From a phage: a stretch of 64,000 nt of DNA. Both the position numbers and the translations under genes were made by a program. Where the stretch lies: sequence record PZ452602.1; one strand, given 5' to 3'. The notes beneath the pieces are model-generated. The model searched no databases, was not told where the DNA came from, and saw only the letters and a program-made list of their open reading frames with translations. This document shows, piece by piece, positions 39,963 to 50,385 of this stretch (positions are counted from its first letter, which is position 1; each line of letters starts with the position of its first letter).

Positions 39963-40649
39963 TTAAAAATCGTGGGTAGAATCAGCTTCAAGAGCTACTA
40001 CATAATTCGCGTGTTCACCTTCAAATTTAGCAGCACCTTGTTTACCTTTTGCCCAGAGCAGAAGTTTATAATTTCCTGGTTGCATTTTCATATTTGCCAT
40101 ATTGATAATGAAATTAAATGTATTTTCACCATCATAATCACCAAGAGTCAAAGAATATTTAACACGGGTAAGAGCAGAATCTTCTACTTTATTAAAACCG
40201 TTAATTACGATTTTACCTTCTTTTACCGTGATAGCAATTGTATCAATCTGCAGACCACGAGATACACGCAACAGTTGTTGAAGGTCTTCAGCTTTAATTT
40301 CAGTAACAACAGATGCTACCGGGAATGGAATTGGTTTATTAGGAGCAACTACTGTACTCGGATCGGCTGCTGGCCAAAAAATTGTTGAGCGGGCATCAGC
40401 AATTTTAATATTTCCATCTTCTGACTGGGAAATTTCTGCATCATCATTAACTAGAGACAGAATACCAAGAAAACCGTTTAAATCGTAAATTGCTACATCA
40501 AAATCAATAACGTCAGAAATATTTGCTTCCGCATAAGTTGTACCATTAACTGCGCGAGTCATAATAAATTGACCGGATTTAAGCATAATACCGGAGTTAA
40601 TAGTAGCGAAATTTTTAAGCAGAGCAGTAGTATCTTTAGACAGTTTCAT
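39963..40649 (-). CDS. 45: sliding clamp gp45
   Basis: 228 aa as recalled for T4 gp45. Confidence 0.95.
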   Translation of the reverse strand: MKLSKDTTALLKNFATINSGIMLKSGQFIMTRAVNGTTYAEANISDVIDFDVAIYDLNGFLGILSLVNDDAEISQSEDGNIKIADARSTIFWPAADPSTVVAPNKPIPFPVASVVTEIKAEDLQQLLRVSRGLQIDTIAITVKEGKIVINGFNKVEDSALTRVKYSLTLGDYDGENTFNFIINMANMKMQPGNYKLLLWAKGKQGAAKFEGEHANYVVALEADSTHDF

Positions 40650-40704
40650 GTAATTTCCTTCAATTCAAATGAGATTTAATTTTATAACTAATTTAATAAA
40701 GCAA

Positions 40705-41094
40705 TTAACGATTAAAATCATCCGCAATTGTTTTCGCAACAATTTGAGCAGCAATAATTAGACGTTCATCTGCATTACCACAATAATCATCTTCAAGGCG
40801 TTCACCACATGAAGTCATAATAAATTTAGCACCGGCGTTTAGGGATTCTGTAGTATGTTTGCGCATTAGTTCAATCCATTTATTACTTACTTCACGATCG
40901 ATAGCTTCATAATACGCATGACGAGCAGGTGCAGATTTAATTTTGTTCTGAATAACTTCCATTGCGTTATCAGAAAGAGACAAAACCCATGCGCGACGAA
41001 TTTTATTTTGGTTTTGTGGATTTGATTCAGAACGCACGTGTTTTGGCTGAATATCTTTTACATCAACAGTATAATTCACAGTAATTTTAGTCAT
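40705..41094 (-). CDS. rpbA: RNA polymerase-binding protein RpbA
   Basis: 129 aa; position between 46-side ORFs and 45. Confidence 0.7.
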   Translation of the reverse strand: MTKITVNYTVDVKDIQPKHVRSESNPQNQNKIRRAWVLSLSDNAMEVIQNKIKSAPARHAYYEAIDREVSNKWIELMRKHTTESLNAGAKFIMTSCGERLEDDYCGNADERLIIAAQIVAKTIADDFNR

Positions 41095-41103
41095 AATACA
41101 CCT

Positions 41104-41292
41104 TTAGTCATAATAATCAGTAACAGTCCAAGCTTCATTTCTATTGGACATTATTTTTGTATATTCTGCTTTAAATGCATTCCTAAGCATAGATTCAGTA
41201 ACTATATGCTCTTCATTAGAAAAATTATTTCTCAGAATATATCGTTTTATTTCAGGAAAAGTTAATAAATGCTGTCCAGTTGAATATTCCAT
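41104..41292 (-). CDS. small hypothetical protein (45.2 position)
   Basis: 62-aa ORF. Confidence 0.5.
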   Translation of the reverse strand: MEYSTGQHLLTFPEIKRYILRNNFSNEEHIVTESMLRNAFKAEYTKIMSNRNEAWTVTDYYD

Positions 41293-41347
41293 GTTTTTCC
41301 TCCATAGAGATTATACTCTAATAAATTAAAGCATAATCTCTTATAAA

Positions 41348-43030
41348 TTAAACCATTACAGTAAATCGACCAACTTTCTTCATTTGAAGATGCTGACCGT
41401 ATGCTTGCGGGTCATGGTCTCTATGCGAAATAACAAAAACATTAGTATTTTTTAAACTATCTAAAATAGTTGAAATAGCTTTTACACCTTCAACGTCGGT
41501 CGCTGAATCAAAAACTTCATCAAGAATTAGCGTGTTTATTTTAACACCTGAAACTTTTTCAGCAATATCACGCCAAGTAAATAAAAGAGCAATATCAATT
41601 CGCGCTTTTTCACCTTGACTGAATGAAGCATAACTAAAATCTTCACGACCACGGGATTTAATTGTCTCATTAAATTCTTCATCTAATGTAAACACATAAT
41701 CCGCTTCCATTATTTTAAGATAATGGTTAATCTGCTTATTAAATAATGGAATGTACTTTTTAATAATAGCACCTTTAATACCAGAATCTTTGAGCATATC
41801 AGTTAAAATTCCTCGGTGGTATTTTTCCATTACTAAATTAGTTTTTGTCTTAACAATTTTATCAAGTTCTTCTTGAAGCAGTGCTATTTCATCAGCATGG
41901 TCAATAAACTCAGAAGATGCTTTTTCTATAGCTGCTTTAACTTTTTTAGCTTTATCTACCGTCGTGATTAGAGATTGCTTTTTATTGCGAATATCATTTG
42001 CCAACGACTGCTGGGTTTTAATATTATCTCGGTATTCATCAACAAGAACTTTTAAATTATCACGATGTGTTGAAAGCTGTTCAAACGAATGCGTACATTC
42101 AGAAACTTTATCTTTAATTTTAGAAACAACTTTATCACCGGAACTTAATTGTGACAAGCAGGTTGGACATAATCCACCTTCGTGATACATATTAATGACT
42201 TTATTATACGAGTCAATTTTTGATTTAATTAAAACTGCTTCTTGACCGATTTTATTAAATGCATCAGTCGGGTCTTCATCTAAAACAATATTAACTAATC
42301 TTTCATTAGCTTCTTCTATTTCCGATTTTAGCGTTCTAGCTTCTTTTGCCAAATCATCATACATATTCTGCAGACGAGTAAGGTTGTCACCAGACAATTT
42401 TTTCTGGCGTTCAACGTTATCATTATATATTTTAATTTGTTGGATAATACTATCTTTTTTAACATCAAGCACTTGGTTCTGCGAATTTAATTCACGTATT
42501 AGTGCTTTATTAAGCTTATCCATTTCAGCTAATGTTCCTACCTCAAGCAGGTCTTCCACAAGCTTTCTTCGTGCAGGGGTCGACAAACCCATGAAAGGGG
42601 TATACCCTGCTGTACCAAGGACAACAATCTGCTTGAAACTGGCATATGACATTCCGATAAGCTGTTCAAATTCTGCTTGGAAATCTTTACTGCTGGCAGA
42701 TTCATTAAGACGTGTACCATTAATGGTGATTTCGAAAACGTTTGGTTTTTGTCCTCTTTTGATATAGTACTTTTTCTCATCATATTCCATCCACAGTTCA
42801 ACTAAAAGTTCTTTCTTATTTGTGCTGTTTATTAATTGACCTTTCTTTACATCACGAAATGGCTTGCCAAAAAGCCCGAATGTGATGGCTTCTAACATAG
42901 TAGACTTACCACCGCCATTTCGTCCAGTAATAAGAGTTTTTTGAACCTTATCTAATTGAATGTCAATAGGATTTCCACCTACTGACATTATATTTTGATA
43001 CCTAACTCGGTTTAGTTTAAAATTCTTCAC
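41348..43030 (-). CDS. 46: recombination endonuclease subunit gp46 (Rad50/SbcC-like ATPase)
   Basis: 560 aa; Walker A GRNGGGKST, coiled-coil middle with CPTC zinc hook, signature/Walker B at C-terminus. Confidence 0.93.
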   Translation of the reverse strand: MKNFKLNRVRYQNIMSVGGNPIDIQLDKVQKTLITGRNGGGKSTMLEAITFGLFGKPFRDVKKGQLINSTNKKELLVELWMEYDEKKYYIKRGQKPNVFEITINGTRLNESASSKDFQAEFEQLIGMSYASFKQIVVLGTAGYTPFMGLSTPARRKLVEDLLEVGTLAEMDKLNKALIRELNSQNQVLDVKKDSIIQQIKIYNDNVERQKKLSGDNLTRLQNMYDDLAKEARTLKSEIEEANERLVNIVLDEDPTDAFNKIGQEAVLIKSKIDSYNKVINMYHEGGLCPTCLSQLSSGDKVVSKIKDKVSECTHSFEQLSTHRDNLKVLVDEYRDNIKTQQSLANDIRNKKQSLITTVDKAKKVKAAIEKASSEFIDHADEIALLQEELDKIVKTKTNLVMEKYHRGILTDMLKDSGIKGAIIKKYIPLFNKQINHYLKIMEADYVFTLDEEFNETIKSRGREDFSYASFSQGEKARIDIALLFTWRDIAEKVSGVKINTLILDEVFDSATDVEGVKAISTILDSLKNTNVFVISHRDHDPQAYGQHLQMKKVGRFTVMV

Positions 43031-43242
43031 AAAAGATTCCTTTTAATGTATCTTTTAGACCATTCTATCATATCATCATAATCTAAAAAGTATTCATCAA
43101 ATTCAGCCATGCAAACAACGCCTTGTGCTGTTTTTGATGTAATATAAATTATTCCAACATATCTAGAATCTTCTTCGGTATAATCAATATTTGCTATGAA
43201 TTCATCATTAATGTCAAATGTCGAAAACTTCACAGTATGCAT
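43027..43242 (-). CDS. small hypothetical protein (start uncertain)
   Basis: Track ORF 43027..43290 overlaps the upstream ORF; trimmed to internal Met. Confidence 0.35.
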   Translation of the reverse strand: MHTVKFSTFDINDEFIANIDYTEEDSRYVGIIYITSKTAQGVVCMAEFDEYFLDYDDMIEWSKRYIKRNLL

Positions 43243-43477
43243 CCTTAATACAAGATACAGCCATATCTTGTAATGATTTAGGTGTGTCATTATCTAAAAT
43301 GTTGAAGTTAAAAGATACAGCCCAGTCAGTGCAGACCGTAACCTTTTTAATACAATTATCTTCAACCTCTAGCGGTTCAAACCAATATTCAATAATTTCT
43401 TTATGACCAATATCATCTTTTACTTCGCATTCAAAATGCTGACTCATCATAACATTTTTAAATTCATCAAAAGTCAT
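43214..43477 (-). CDS. small hypothetical protein, translationally coupled to gene 47
   Basis: 87 aa; ATG overlaps 47 stop. Confidence 0.5.
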   Translation of the reverse strand: MTFDEFKNVMMSQHFECEVKDDIGHKEIIEYWFEPLEVEDNCIKKVTVCTDWAVSFNFNILDNDTPKSLQDMAVSCIKDAYCEVFDI

Positions 43478-44493
43478 TGTGTTGCCTCTACATATAACTG
43501 ATTTGCATATTGAATAAGTGCTTCGCGATCAGAATCAGTGATGTCTGGAATTGCATTAATGTATTCTTCCATCAACGTCTGAAGAGATTGAACTTCAACT
43601 TCTTCACTGTCATCTGACTCGACAGAGTTATCAATCTTTGACACAACTCGTAATGAATGCACAACTTTTTCTAGTTCAGATTCGAACTTCGTTAGATTTT
43701 TGTCTACTTCAATTACTATAACACGTACTGATAGATTTGTAAAATCTTTATAGTCAATTTTTCCTTTAAATGGATAATGAATTCTACGATGCCAGGTAGT
43801 ATTGTTTGGAATAAATTCCATTCGTTCTGTTTCTGTATCAAACATCCAGAACCCGCGAGGGTCATTCTCGTCACCTGCAGTTAGTGTCCATGGTGTCCCA
43901 ATATATCTGACGTTTGCAGCCTCAGAAATAGTATGGAAGTGACCAGACCACACTTCTTTATAAGTCTTAAGGAAATCAGGTTCAAGACCGTGAGATTTCA
44001 TTCCTTTATAAAAATAAAATCCATTCAGTTCCCAGTGACCAACACAAAAAGAAGCAGATGAAGTTTTGATGTGTTCAAGAATTTCACCAGTATTTTCTTC
44101 GCACATCCAAGGAATCAAATCAATCAAACACCCGTCAAAATCTACTGTAGTAGGCTTATCATATACTTTAACATTAGGATATTTAGCCAAAAGCTCAGTA
44201 GAAGCATTTGGAGTTAAAGTATTTTTAAAGTGCATATCATGGTTTCCTACAACAGTATGCAGGGTAATACCAGCATCATCAAGCATTTGAACTATTTCAC
44301 GAGCGAACTCCATAGTTTTATGCGTGATTGCTTTTCGCACATCAAAAATATCGCCGTATTGAATCCAGGTAGTAATTCCATTTTTCTTAGAATATTCTAT
44401 CGCTTGCTTAATTCCATCCAACTGAATGGATTGAACCCACTCATCATCGGCTTTAACGCCTAAATGCCAATCACCTAAATTTAAAATTTTCAT
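43474..44493 (-). CDS. 47: recombination nuclease subunit gp47 (Mre11/SbcD-like)
   Basis: 339 aa; phosphoesterase motifs DWHLG, GDIFD, GNHD. Confidence 0.93.
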   Translation of the reverse strand: MKILNLGDWHLGVKADDEWVQSIQLDGIKQAIEYSKKNGITTWIQYGDIFDVRKAITHKTMEFAREIVQMLDDAGITLHTVVGNHDMHFKNTLTPNASTELLAKYPNVKVYDKPTTVDFDGCLIDLIPWMCEENTGEILEHIKTSSASFCVGHWELNGFYFYKGMKSHGLEPDFLKTYKEVWSGHFHTISEAANVRYIGTPWTLTAGDENDPRGFWMFDTETERMEFIPNNTTWHRRIHYPFKGKIDYKDFTNLSVRVIVIEVDKNLTKFESELEKVVHSLRVVSKIDNSVESDDSEEVEVQSLQTLMEEYINAIPDITDSDREALIQYANQLYVEATQ

Positions 44494-44651
44494 ATATCAA
44501 GAACCGTCATTGAAATGCAAAATAAAATTATTGAAATAAATCCATCTGGAGTGCTAAAGAACCCAATCCACAGCACGCTCTAGTGAATAGATAAAATGCA
44601 AGAAAAAGTATCACATATCCAAGAAATATCATTATATCAAACTCCGTATAA

Positions 44652-44671
44652 AGCTAAAGGGCCGAAGCCCT
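44652..44671 (-). other. UUCG-tetraloop hairpin immediately 3' of a-gt stop
   Basis: + strand aaaGGGCCGAAGCCCttt. Confidence 0.5.
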
Positions 44672-45874
44672 TTATTTTGTAATAATGTCAAACTGTTCTT
44701 TAAAGCAGAAGCTTGAATCTTGATGCTGATACAAAAATTCATACGCTTTTTCTCGCTCACGGTCATAAAGAGCTCGGTCAGATGACAGTTCTTTAATACG
44801 CTCGAATGTTGATTCCATATCATTTTCATCAAACCAAACGATACCGCTATCATGCGAAATTAGCGGAGTATTATCAACACGGAATTTTAAATTTTCGCCA
44901 GTAGATTTCCAAAATACCGGAATTGTTCCACACGCGCCAAGCTCGAGATGAGTATATTCTAAAGAACGTTGTAGATATTTTTTATCCAACTTACTCAGCT
45001 GATAACCAAAACCGGATTTACTCATACGTTCAAGCATTTCGCTATTTACATAACGGTCAAGAATTTGCGTTGGCAAATTAGGAGCAATTTTAATTTGGTC
45101 TACTTGATGAAGACGATAATACTCGTATGGAATTCCTTTTTCTTTAATGGGAATGAACGCTGGAGAACGTTCCAGACCTTCCATAATAGTACTTAGTCCT
45201 GCAGGTTTAAGATGTTTTTCATGAAAATCAAACATCTGATAAAAACCTTTCCATGTAGTCGTACGACCAATCCAACGGTTAACATTCATGTTAATTTCAG
45301 AAACATCTTTCCAGTAGGTTGATCGAACCTTCGCAATATCCATAGGAGGCTGAAAGTTGTATACGGTCGGTGCTTCTTCAATATCATCAAACAGAGAAAC
45401 TGTTTCTGGATACCATTCTTTCATCAAAACTTTATTAAAATCGCCATTATCAGAATGACTAAAAATAACATCAGCTCGACGAACAGTTTCTTCTAATCCC
45501 AAATTTCGACGCAAAGAAAGAGAAGAATGGTCATGCTGATAAACTACAACACGAACCGAAGGTTTAATGTTATCAATAATTTTTTTATAGTTATTAATAG
45601 TGTCTTCTTCAACTGAAGTAGCAGGAACTGAATTGATAATTAGAATATCACAATCATTTACCAGCTTAAGTGTTTTATCATATTCTTTTGCCAATAAAAC
45701 CGGAATTGAAAATGATTTATAATCATGCGCGCAATTACGAGTAAATGATTTATCTTTAGCATAAACCAAAGTCACTTCATGACCATTTTTAATAAACCAA
45801 TCACGTTGCTCGAGTGAGAATTTTGTTACACCACAACCTTCAAGACCTCGAGCCATAAAAATACATACTTTCAT
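44672..45874 (-). CDS. a-gt: DNA alpha-glucosyltransferase
   Basis: 400 aa; N-terminus CIFMARGLEGCGVTKFSLEQRDWFIKNGHEVTLVYAKDKSF matches T4 a-gt as recalled. Confidence 0.95.
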   Translation of the reverse strand: MKVCIFMARGLEGCGVTKFSLEQRDWFIKNGHEVTLVYAKDKSFTRNCAHDYKSFSIPVLLAKEYDKTLKLVNDCDILIINSVPATSVEEDTINNYKKIIDNIKPSVRVVVYQHDHSSLSLRRNLGLEETVRRADVIFSHSDNGDFNKVLMKEWYPETVSLFDDIEEAPTVYNFQPPMDIAKVRSTYWKDVSEINMNVNRWIGRTTTWKGFYQMFDFHEKHLKPAGLSTIMEGLERSPAFIPIKEKGIPYEYYRLHQVDQIKIAPNLPTQILDRYVNSEMLERMSKSGFGYQLSKLDKKYLQRSLEYTHLELGACGTIPVFWKSTGENLKFRVDNTPLISHDSGIVWFDENDMESTFERIKELSSDRALYDREREKAYEFLYQHQDSSFCFKEQFDIITK

Positions 45875-45926
45875 TTAATATCCTCTTTGTTTTGGTTTAT
45901 TTTACCAAAAATTTATAAAGCAATAT

Positions 45927-45942
45927 AGGAGCCGAAGCTCCT
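45927..45942 (-). other. UUCG-tetraloop hairpin upstream of a-gt
   Basis: + strand AGGAGCCGAAGCTCCT. Confidence 0.45.
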
Positions 45943-46117
45943 ATCCACATAATACGCCATACAGAGGCTCGTTAGAACTTTTAAATTTTATGCGCTTATA
46001 TTTTATAGTTCCTTCTGCTTTAGCTTTATCATGAGACTCTTTAAAGCGTCTCATCATTTCCTCTTTAGAGGAACGAATTTTATTATAATCTATTTCAGAA
46101 GTCTGGGTGTTCATCTT

Positions 46118-46324
46118 TCATAACTGCCACCATTTTTTGACTTGATAAGAATCAACCCACACTTTCATATTAGGGTCTGCTCTTACAATAGGAGGATTAA
46201 CTTCTTTAATTGAACTATCATGGTATTCTTTTTCAGAAATTTTCACACAAAGATGACCATTCAAAGATTCAGTAAATCCTGCATTAATTTTAAGACGCTT
46301 GAATTTTACGTGTGTAAGCATCAA
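46118..46324 (-). CDS. small hypothetical protein
   Basis: 68-aa ORF. Confidence 0.45.
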   Translation of the reverse strand: MMLTHVKFKRLKINAGFTESLNGHLCVKISEKEYHDSSIKEVNPPIVRADPNMKVWVDSYQVKKWWQL

Positions 46325-46607
46325 TCATATCCTCAATTTGCGATCTAGTAGTCTTCCAAAGAATACTGATGAGTTCATCGTTATATGGCTGTTTTAGAAT
46401 ATCCCGACTTTTCTTGATAGCATATTCGTATTGAGCAAAATTATTATTTTCAGCTGCGATCTGAGCGTGCTTATAAAGACGATTCAGTTCGCGTTTGTTT
46501 TTAGACAATAACTTATTTGCTTTTCTTTCTGCTTCAAGACGGTTCTTTTCTTCAATAGAAGAAATAAGCTTTTCCACTTCATCATTAATTTCGGGTTTAT
46601 CAGTCAT
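46290..46607 (-). CDS. hypothetical protein
   Basis: 105-aa ORF. Confidence 0.5.
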   Translation of the reverse strand: MTDKPEINDEVEKLISSIEEKNRLEAERKANKLLSKNKRELNRLYKHAQIAAENNNFAQYEYAIKKSRDILKQPYNDELISILWKTTRSQIEDMIDAYTRKIQAS

Positions 46608-46608
46608 A

Positions 46609-46827
46609 TTATTTCTCTAATATAAAATAAAAATCATCATCTGTTAAATGATACCGATAGTTTAATTCTACACCATTAGATTTAAAAGCGGTATCATACG
46701 GATTTTCTGGATCAATATCAATGTCAAGAGCTAAAACTTCCCTGAGATACATTTTAAGTAAATAGGGAATAGCTTCAACTTCAGGTATTTCTTCCAAGAA
46801 TCCGGAGAGGTTAATCGTTAGCCTCAT
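46609..46827 (-). CDS. small hypothetical protein
   Basis: 72-aa ORF immediately downstream of gene 55. Confidence 0.5.
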
Positions 46828-47368
46828 ATAAAAAATCCAAACTAGGAGAATCGTCTACAACACTTTTCTTTTCAGCCCCCGGTGTTCTATAGGTTGATTC
46901 TTCGTAATGCGTCATTTTATCGTAGATGTCTTGAATAAAAGTTTCATCTACTAACGCAACCATATCGTCGTCACGGCTGTCATAGACATTGTGAACGAAG
47001 TAACTATATTTCTTTGCAACTTCCTTACGTTCTTTTTTAATACGTTGGACGAATGCATTAAAACAAGCTTGAGTTATATATGCATGCGGGTTTTTATATT
47101 TCGTTTCATCAAAATTGTGAAGCCCCTTAATAGAAGCTTCTATACCATCTGCAATCATTTCTTGTTTCCAAGACTGGGTGTATCCTGAAAAGTTGAAACG
47201 TTTAGATAAGCCTTCTGCAATAAGCATAATGGCTAATCCGATAGTATCATTCTGACGAACTACTTTATTTGGGTCTTTATTATTTGCTAATTCTGTTTTC
47301 CAATCAATAATAGCTTGTAAAAGCTCTTTATTGTTTACGTAATTATATTTAGGCTTAGTTTCTGACAT
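46811..47368 (-). CDS. 55: late-transcription sigma factor gp55
   Basis: Track ORF trimmed to [20 protein letters not shown]..., giving 185 aa as recalled for T4 gp55. Confidence 0.93.
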
Positions 47369-47446
47369 TTTCACCTCTTAGCTCAATTCATAGATCTATT
47401 ATATCATAATATTTGAAGATCTATCTTAAAGCATAGAGGATATCAG

Positions 47447-47716
47447 TTATCTAAGTAAACAGTATGCTTGGAATACTTTCTCCATCATCTTTTTAAATTC
47501 ATGAATATCTATATAATGACTAGTTAGATCAGCATGATATAAAAAGTCTAAAAACTTTTCATGTGTACTAACATATTCACTTTCATTTAATTCAGAAACA
47601 TGGCTTTCCCAATATCCAACACCAGTCTTATTTGGGAAAAATGAAATTTTCATGTATTGGTCAACATAGAAAATGCCATAATTTTCAATAGTAATAGAAA
47701 TATTAATAAATTTCAT
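47447..47716 (-). CDS. hypothetical protein
   Basis: 89-aa ORF. Confidence 0.5.
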   Translation of the reverse strand: MKFINISITIENYGIFYVDQYMKISFFPNKTGVGYWESHVSELNESEYVSTHEKFLDFLYHADLTSHYIDIHEFKKMMEKVFQAYCLLR

Positions 47717-47928
47717 ACATTCATCAACTTAGCCGCTTCAAGAGCTGCATCTAGTGAATCAAATTGATCAACATATTCAATCAATTCGCCGTAATTAGCG
47801 TATAACCACCATTGGCTAAATTCATACTCAAGGATGAATCCATTTCCTTCAATTTGAGTTAAACCAATGCCATTTGTATTTACTTCATACCCAGCAAGAC
47901 GTAAATCGTTAATAAGAGCTTCGTTCAT
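47713..47928 (-). CDS. small hypothetical protein
   Basis: 71-aa ORF, 4-nt overlap. Confidence 0.5.
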   Translation of the reverse strand: MNEALINDLRLAGYEVNTNGIGLTQIEGNGFILEYEFSQWWLYANYGELIEYVDQFDSLDAALEAAKLMNV

Positions 47929-47930
47929 AA

Positions 47931-48257
47931 TTATACCTTAGTAATTTTCAGGTCTGCAAATTTTTTCTTGCGTTGATTTTTCATGCGACGAATAGTTTTA
48001 TCGGAAATTTCATGCTTTTGATAAGCTTTAGATTCTACGCCAAAAGCTTTAACATCAAATTCTGACAAGATATATTGAACCAACAATTCACGGACAGTAT
48101 TGCGTCCAATCTTCTGATCATTCTGTTTCATCGTTTGATGAAGCTCTTTTTCCCATTTATCCAAAATTTGAGGAGTTACAATATCGCCTTTTTCTAGCAA
48201 AGAAACTACTTTATCATATGCGTAAGAATTGATGGCGTTTTTAATTTGAATAGTCAT
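47931..48257 (-). CDS. hypothetical protein
   Basis: 108-aa ORF. Confidence 0.5.
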   Translation of the reverse strand: MTIQIKNAINSYAYDKVVSLLEKGDIVTPQILDKWEKELHQTMKQNDQKIGRNTVRELLVQYILSEFDVKAFGVESKAYQKHEISDKTIRRMKNQRKKKFADLKITKV

Positions 48258-48294
48258 ACATTATCCTCAATTGCATTAAAATTTTATTATCCAA

Positions 48295-48310
48295 AAGGGC
48301 CGAAGCCCTT
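48295..48310 (-). other. UUCG-tetraloop hairpin
   Basis: + strand AAGGGCCGAAGCCCTT. Confidence 0.45.
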
Positions 48311-48509
48311 AGCTAAACTTTTTGGCACCCTTCCAGCCTTCGTACATCATTGCGGCTGATATTAATATTGCTCCTGAGCAACTTGAATATTTGTGATTCC
48401 AAAACCAGTTTAGAAAAACTTCATCATCAATACCTTGGGCTATCATATTTTCAAAGAACTGACGACGAGATTCGGCAATTCGTTGTGATAATTTAGATTC
48501 AGGATTCAT
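48309..48509 (-). CDS. small hypothetical protein
   Basis: 66-aa ORF. Confidence 0.5.
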   Translation of the reverse strand: MNPESKLSQRIAESRRQFFENMIAQGIDDEVFLNWFWNHKYSSCSGAILISAAMMYEGWKGAKKFS

Positions 48510-48641
48510 TTAAATTTTCCAGTTACCATTTTCATCAATAAATTTAATCCAGTCATTTACTGACCACTTAGTTGTATCGCCTTTTGGAGTAACATTTAAA
48601 GTATATAGCCCTTGCTTAAAAAGCATTCGTTTGATATTCAT
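48510..48641 (-). CDS. small hypothetical protein (start trimmed)
   Basis: Track ORF 48510..48725 overlaps the upstream ORF; internal Met MNIKRMLFKQG follows SD GAGGAAAAT. Confidence 0.35.
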   Translation of the reverse strand: MNIKRMLFKQGLYTLNVTPKGDTTKWSVNDWIKFIDENGNWKI

Positions 48642-48648
48642 ATTTTCC

Positions 48649-48942
48649 TCAGCTGTAACGATAACACTCGTTTGATTTACGTTTAGCAACTCGTTGAGAA
48701 GTATTATAATCAAAATCATCGTCAATGTAAACTGATTTTTTCAACTTTCTTACTTCACCACGTAATTGGCGATTTAGCTCATCTTTAACTTCTGAATCAA
48801 TACCTTTCATTCTACGCCATTTATCTGAGCGAAAAATGTTTTCAACCATATCTTTATGACTTACACCATCAGGAGCTTTACGCTTTCCGAAATAGTCATA
48901 ATCACGCACTTTTAAGTCTTTACGACGATACGTTTTACCCAT
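48649..48942 (-). CDS. small basic hypothetical protein (start trimmed)
   Basis: Track ORF 48649..48981 trimmed to MGKTYRRKD...; Lys/Arg-rich. Confidence 0.4.
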   Translation of the reverse strand: MGKTYRRKDLKVRDYDYFGKRKAPDGVSHKDMVENIFRSDKWRRMKGIDSEVKDELNRQLRGEVRKLKKSVYIDDDFDYNTSQRVAKRKSNECYRYS

Positions 48943-49117
48943 GGAGTTTAATTTCCTTAGCAACTGAACTAAATGCAGCACGATCGCAAATCATGCGTTT
49001 ATGTAACTTGAGTATAATATAGCAAACTTCAAAACTATTTACATGAGTAACACGAACAGCATTACCATTAATGAGATAATACTGTCCCTTTTTAATTTCT
49101 TTATCAACCACAACCAT
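48935..49117 (-). CDS. small hypothetical protein
   Basis: 60-aa ORF downstream of early promoter. Confidence 0.5.
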   Translation of the reverse strand: MVVVDKEIKKGQYYLINGNAVRVTHVNSFEVCYIILKLHKRMICDRAAFSSVAKEIKLHG

Positions 49118-49143
49118 ATCAAATCCTCAAAGGCAATTCATAT

Positions 49144-49181
49144 GTTAATAATACCACGGTTTGAACTTGTTGTAAACAACT
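49144..49181 (-). promoter_or_regulatory. T4-type early promoter (GTTTAC-N18-TATTAT)
   Basis: Minus strand TTTTTCACAAAGTTGTTTACAACAAGTTCAAACCGTGGTATTAT. Confidence 0.65.
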
Positions 49182-49247
49182 TTGTGAAAAATATTTTAGG
49201 GAATGACAAGAAGGGAACGATAGCTTAGAATGGTAATATACAGAATG

Positions 49248-49273
49248 TAAGAAAGAAAGGCCCAGAGGGCCCG
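49248..49273 (-). terminator. terminator hairpin 3' of nrdH (GGGCC-CUCU-GGGCC + U-rich tail)
   Basis: + strand aagaaagaaaGGCCCAGAGGGCCC. Confidence 0.6.
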
Positions 49274-49275
49274 TC

Positions 49276-49584
49276 TTAGTCTTCTATGATATCTCTATCA
49301 TATCCAAGTGAAATGAGAGTTTCTTTGAAGTGTTTAATGTTCTTTTGTCTAGAATCATTAATGAAAATGACTGGATAACGAATGTTAAGAGATGTGAATC
49401 CAGCGCGTTTAGCAAGAGATACAATCAGCGGACGATCATACTCAATCTTACCATTATTTGTAAGAACTTTATAGAAAGTAAAAGGAGCATTGAGCTCCTT
49501 TAGAAGTTTTGTAACTGATTGACATCCAGGACAACGACCTACTTCATCTGGAATTCCATAGACTTCAATCTTATTTTGTTTCAC
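49276..49584 (-). CDS. nrdH: glutaredoxin-like protein NrdH
   Basis: 102 aa; CPGC redox motif; upstream of nrdG/nrdD. Confidence 0.75.
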   Translation of the reverse strand: MKQNKIEVYGIPDEVGRCPGCQSVTKLLKELNAPFTFYKVLTNNGKIEYDRPLIVSLAKRAGFTSLNIRYPVIFINDSRQKNIKHFKETLISLGYDRDIIED

Positions 49585-49586
49585 AA

Positions 49587-49799
49587 CTATTCCTTACTAA
49601 GAGCAGCATTCAGCTTGTTAGTAATTTTATCCAGACGCTTATTGAACTCGCTAGAAGATAAGCCCTTTTCTGGAGAAATTAAACTAATAACGAAAAATAC
49701 AACAATAAAAGGAATAAGGAAAATAGCTCCAACTGCCATAAACAGAAAGAATGTTACAGTTGTAAGAAAATCAGCTAAACCTTTACGAAATTTATACAT
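49587..49799 (-). CDS. small membrane protein
   Basis: 70 aa; two hydrophobic helices. Confidence 0.5.
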   Translation of the reverse strand: MYKFRKGLADFLTTVTFFLFMAVGAIFLIPFIVVFFVISLISPEKGLSSSEFNKRLDKITNKLNAALSKE

Positions 49800-49914
49800 A
49801 TTTTACCCTTAATTGATTAACCAAGCATTGATAAGCACTAAACTATATTGCGAATAAAATTCTGGACCAAAATGAAAAATCATATCATTTATAGTATCCA
49901 TAATGTAATTCAAT

Positions 49915-50385
49915 TTAATCATGTGTCCACACCCCATCGGTATTTGACCAAAGTCGCTGATTATCTGATCCTCGCCACAGCTTTTTGGTCGGAAGATTTT
50001 TCTCATACTTCCCATCAATAATAACATCAACATATTTAAGCATTTCTAGTTGTTTAATATCTTCAAACTTATATCCTGTCCACAACCAAATGCTTTTACT
50101 GGGATAAAGATTTTTTACTGTTTGAACAATGCAATGAATCACATCTCTGTTATCAGGATAAAGAGGGTCACCCCCAGTTATAGTTAATCCTTCTATATAA
50201 TCATTATTCAAACATTCAATTAATTGCTCTAGTGTCTCTCCAGTGAATGGAATACCATTTCTAGCATTCCATGTTGATTTATTATAACACCCTTCGCATT
50301 TATGCAAACAACCTGTAACGAAAAGAACGACCCTGCAACCAGGGCCATTCACAAAATCGCAAGGATAAAATCTATCATAATTCAT
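49915..50385 (-). CDS. nrdG: anaerobic ribonucleotide reductase activating protein NrdG (radical SAM)
   Basis: 156 aa; radical-SAM cysteine motif CLHKCEGC. Confidence 0.93.
   Translation of the reverse strand: MNYDRFYPCDFVNGPGCRVVLFVTGCLHKCEGCYNKSTWNARNGIPFTGETLEQLIECLNNDYIEGLTITGGDPLYPDNRDVIHCIVQTVKNLYPSKSIWLWTGYKFEDIKQLEMLKYVDVIIDGKYEKNLPTKKLWRGSDNQRLWSNTDGVWTHD

Noticed and set aside
44632-44853. Minus-strand 73-aa ORF overlapping the 3' end of a-gt in another frame
   Set aside because: Fully contained in the a-gt region and spanning the terminator hairpin; no independent start signals.
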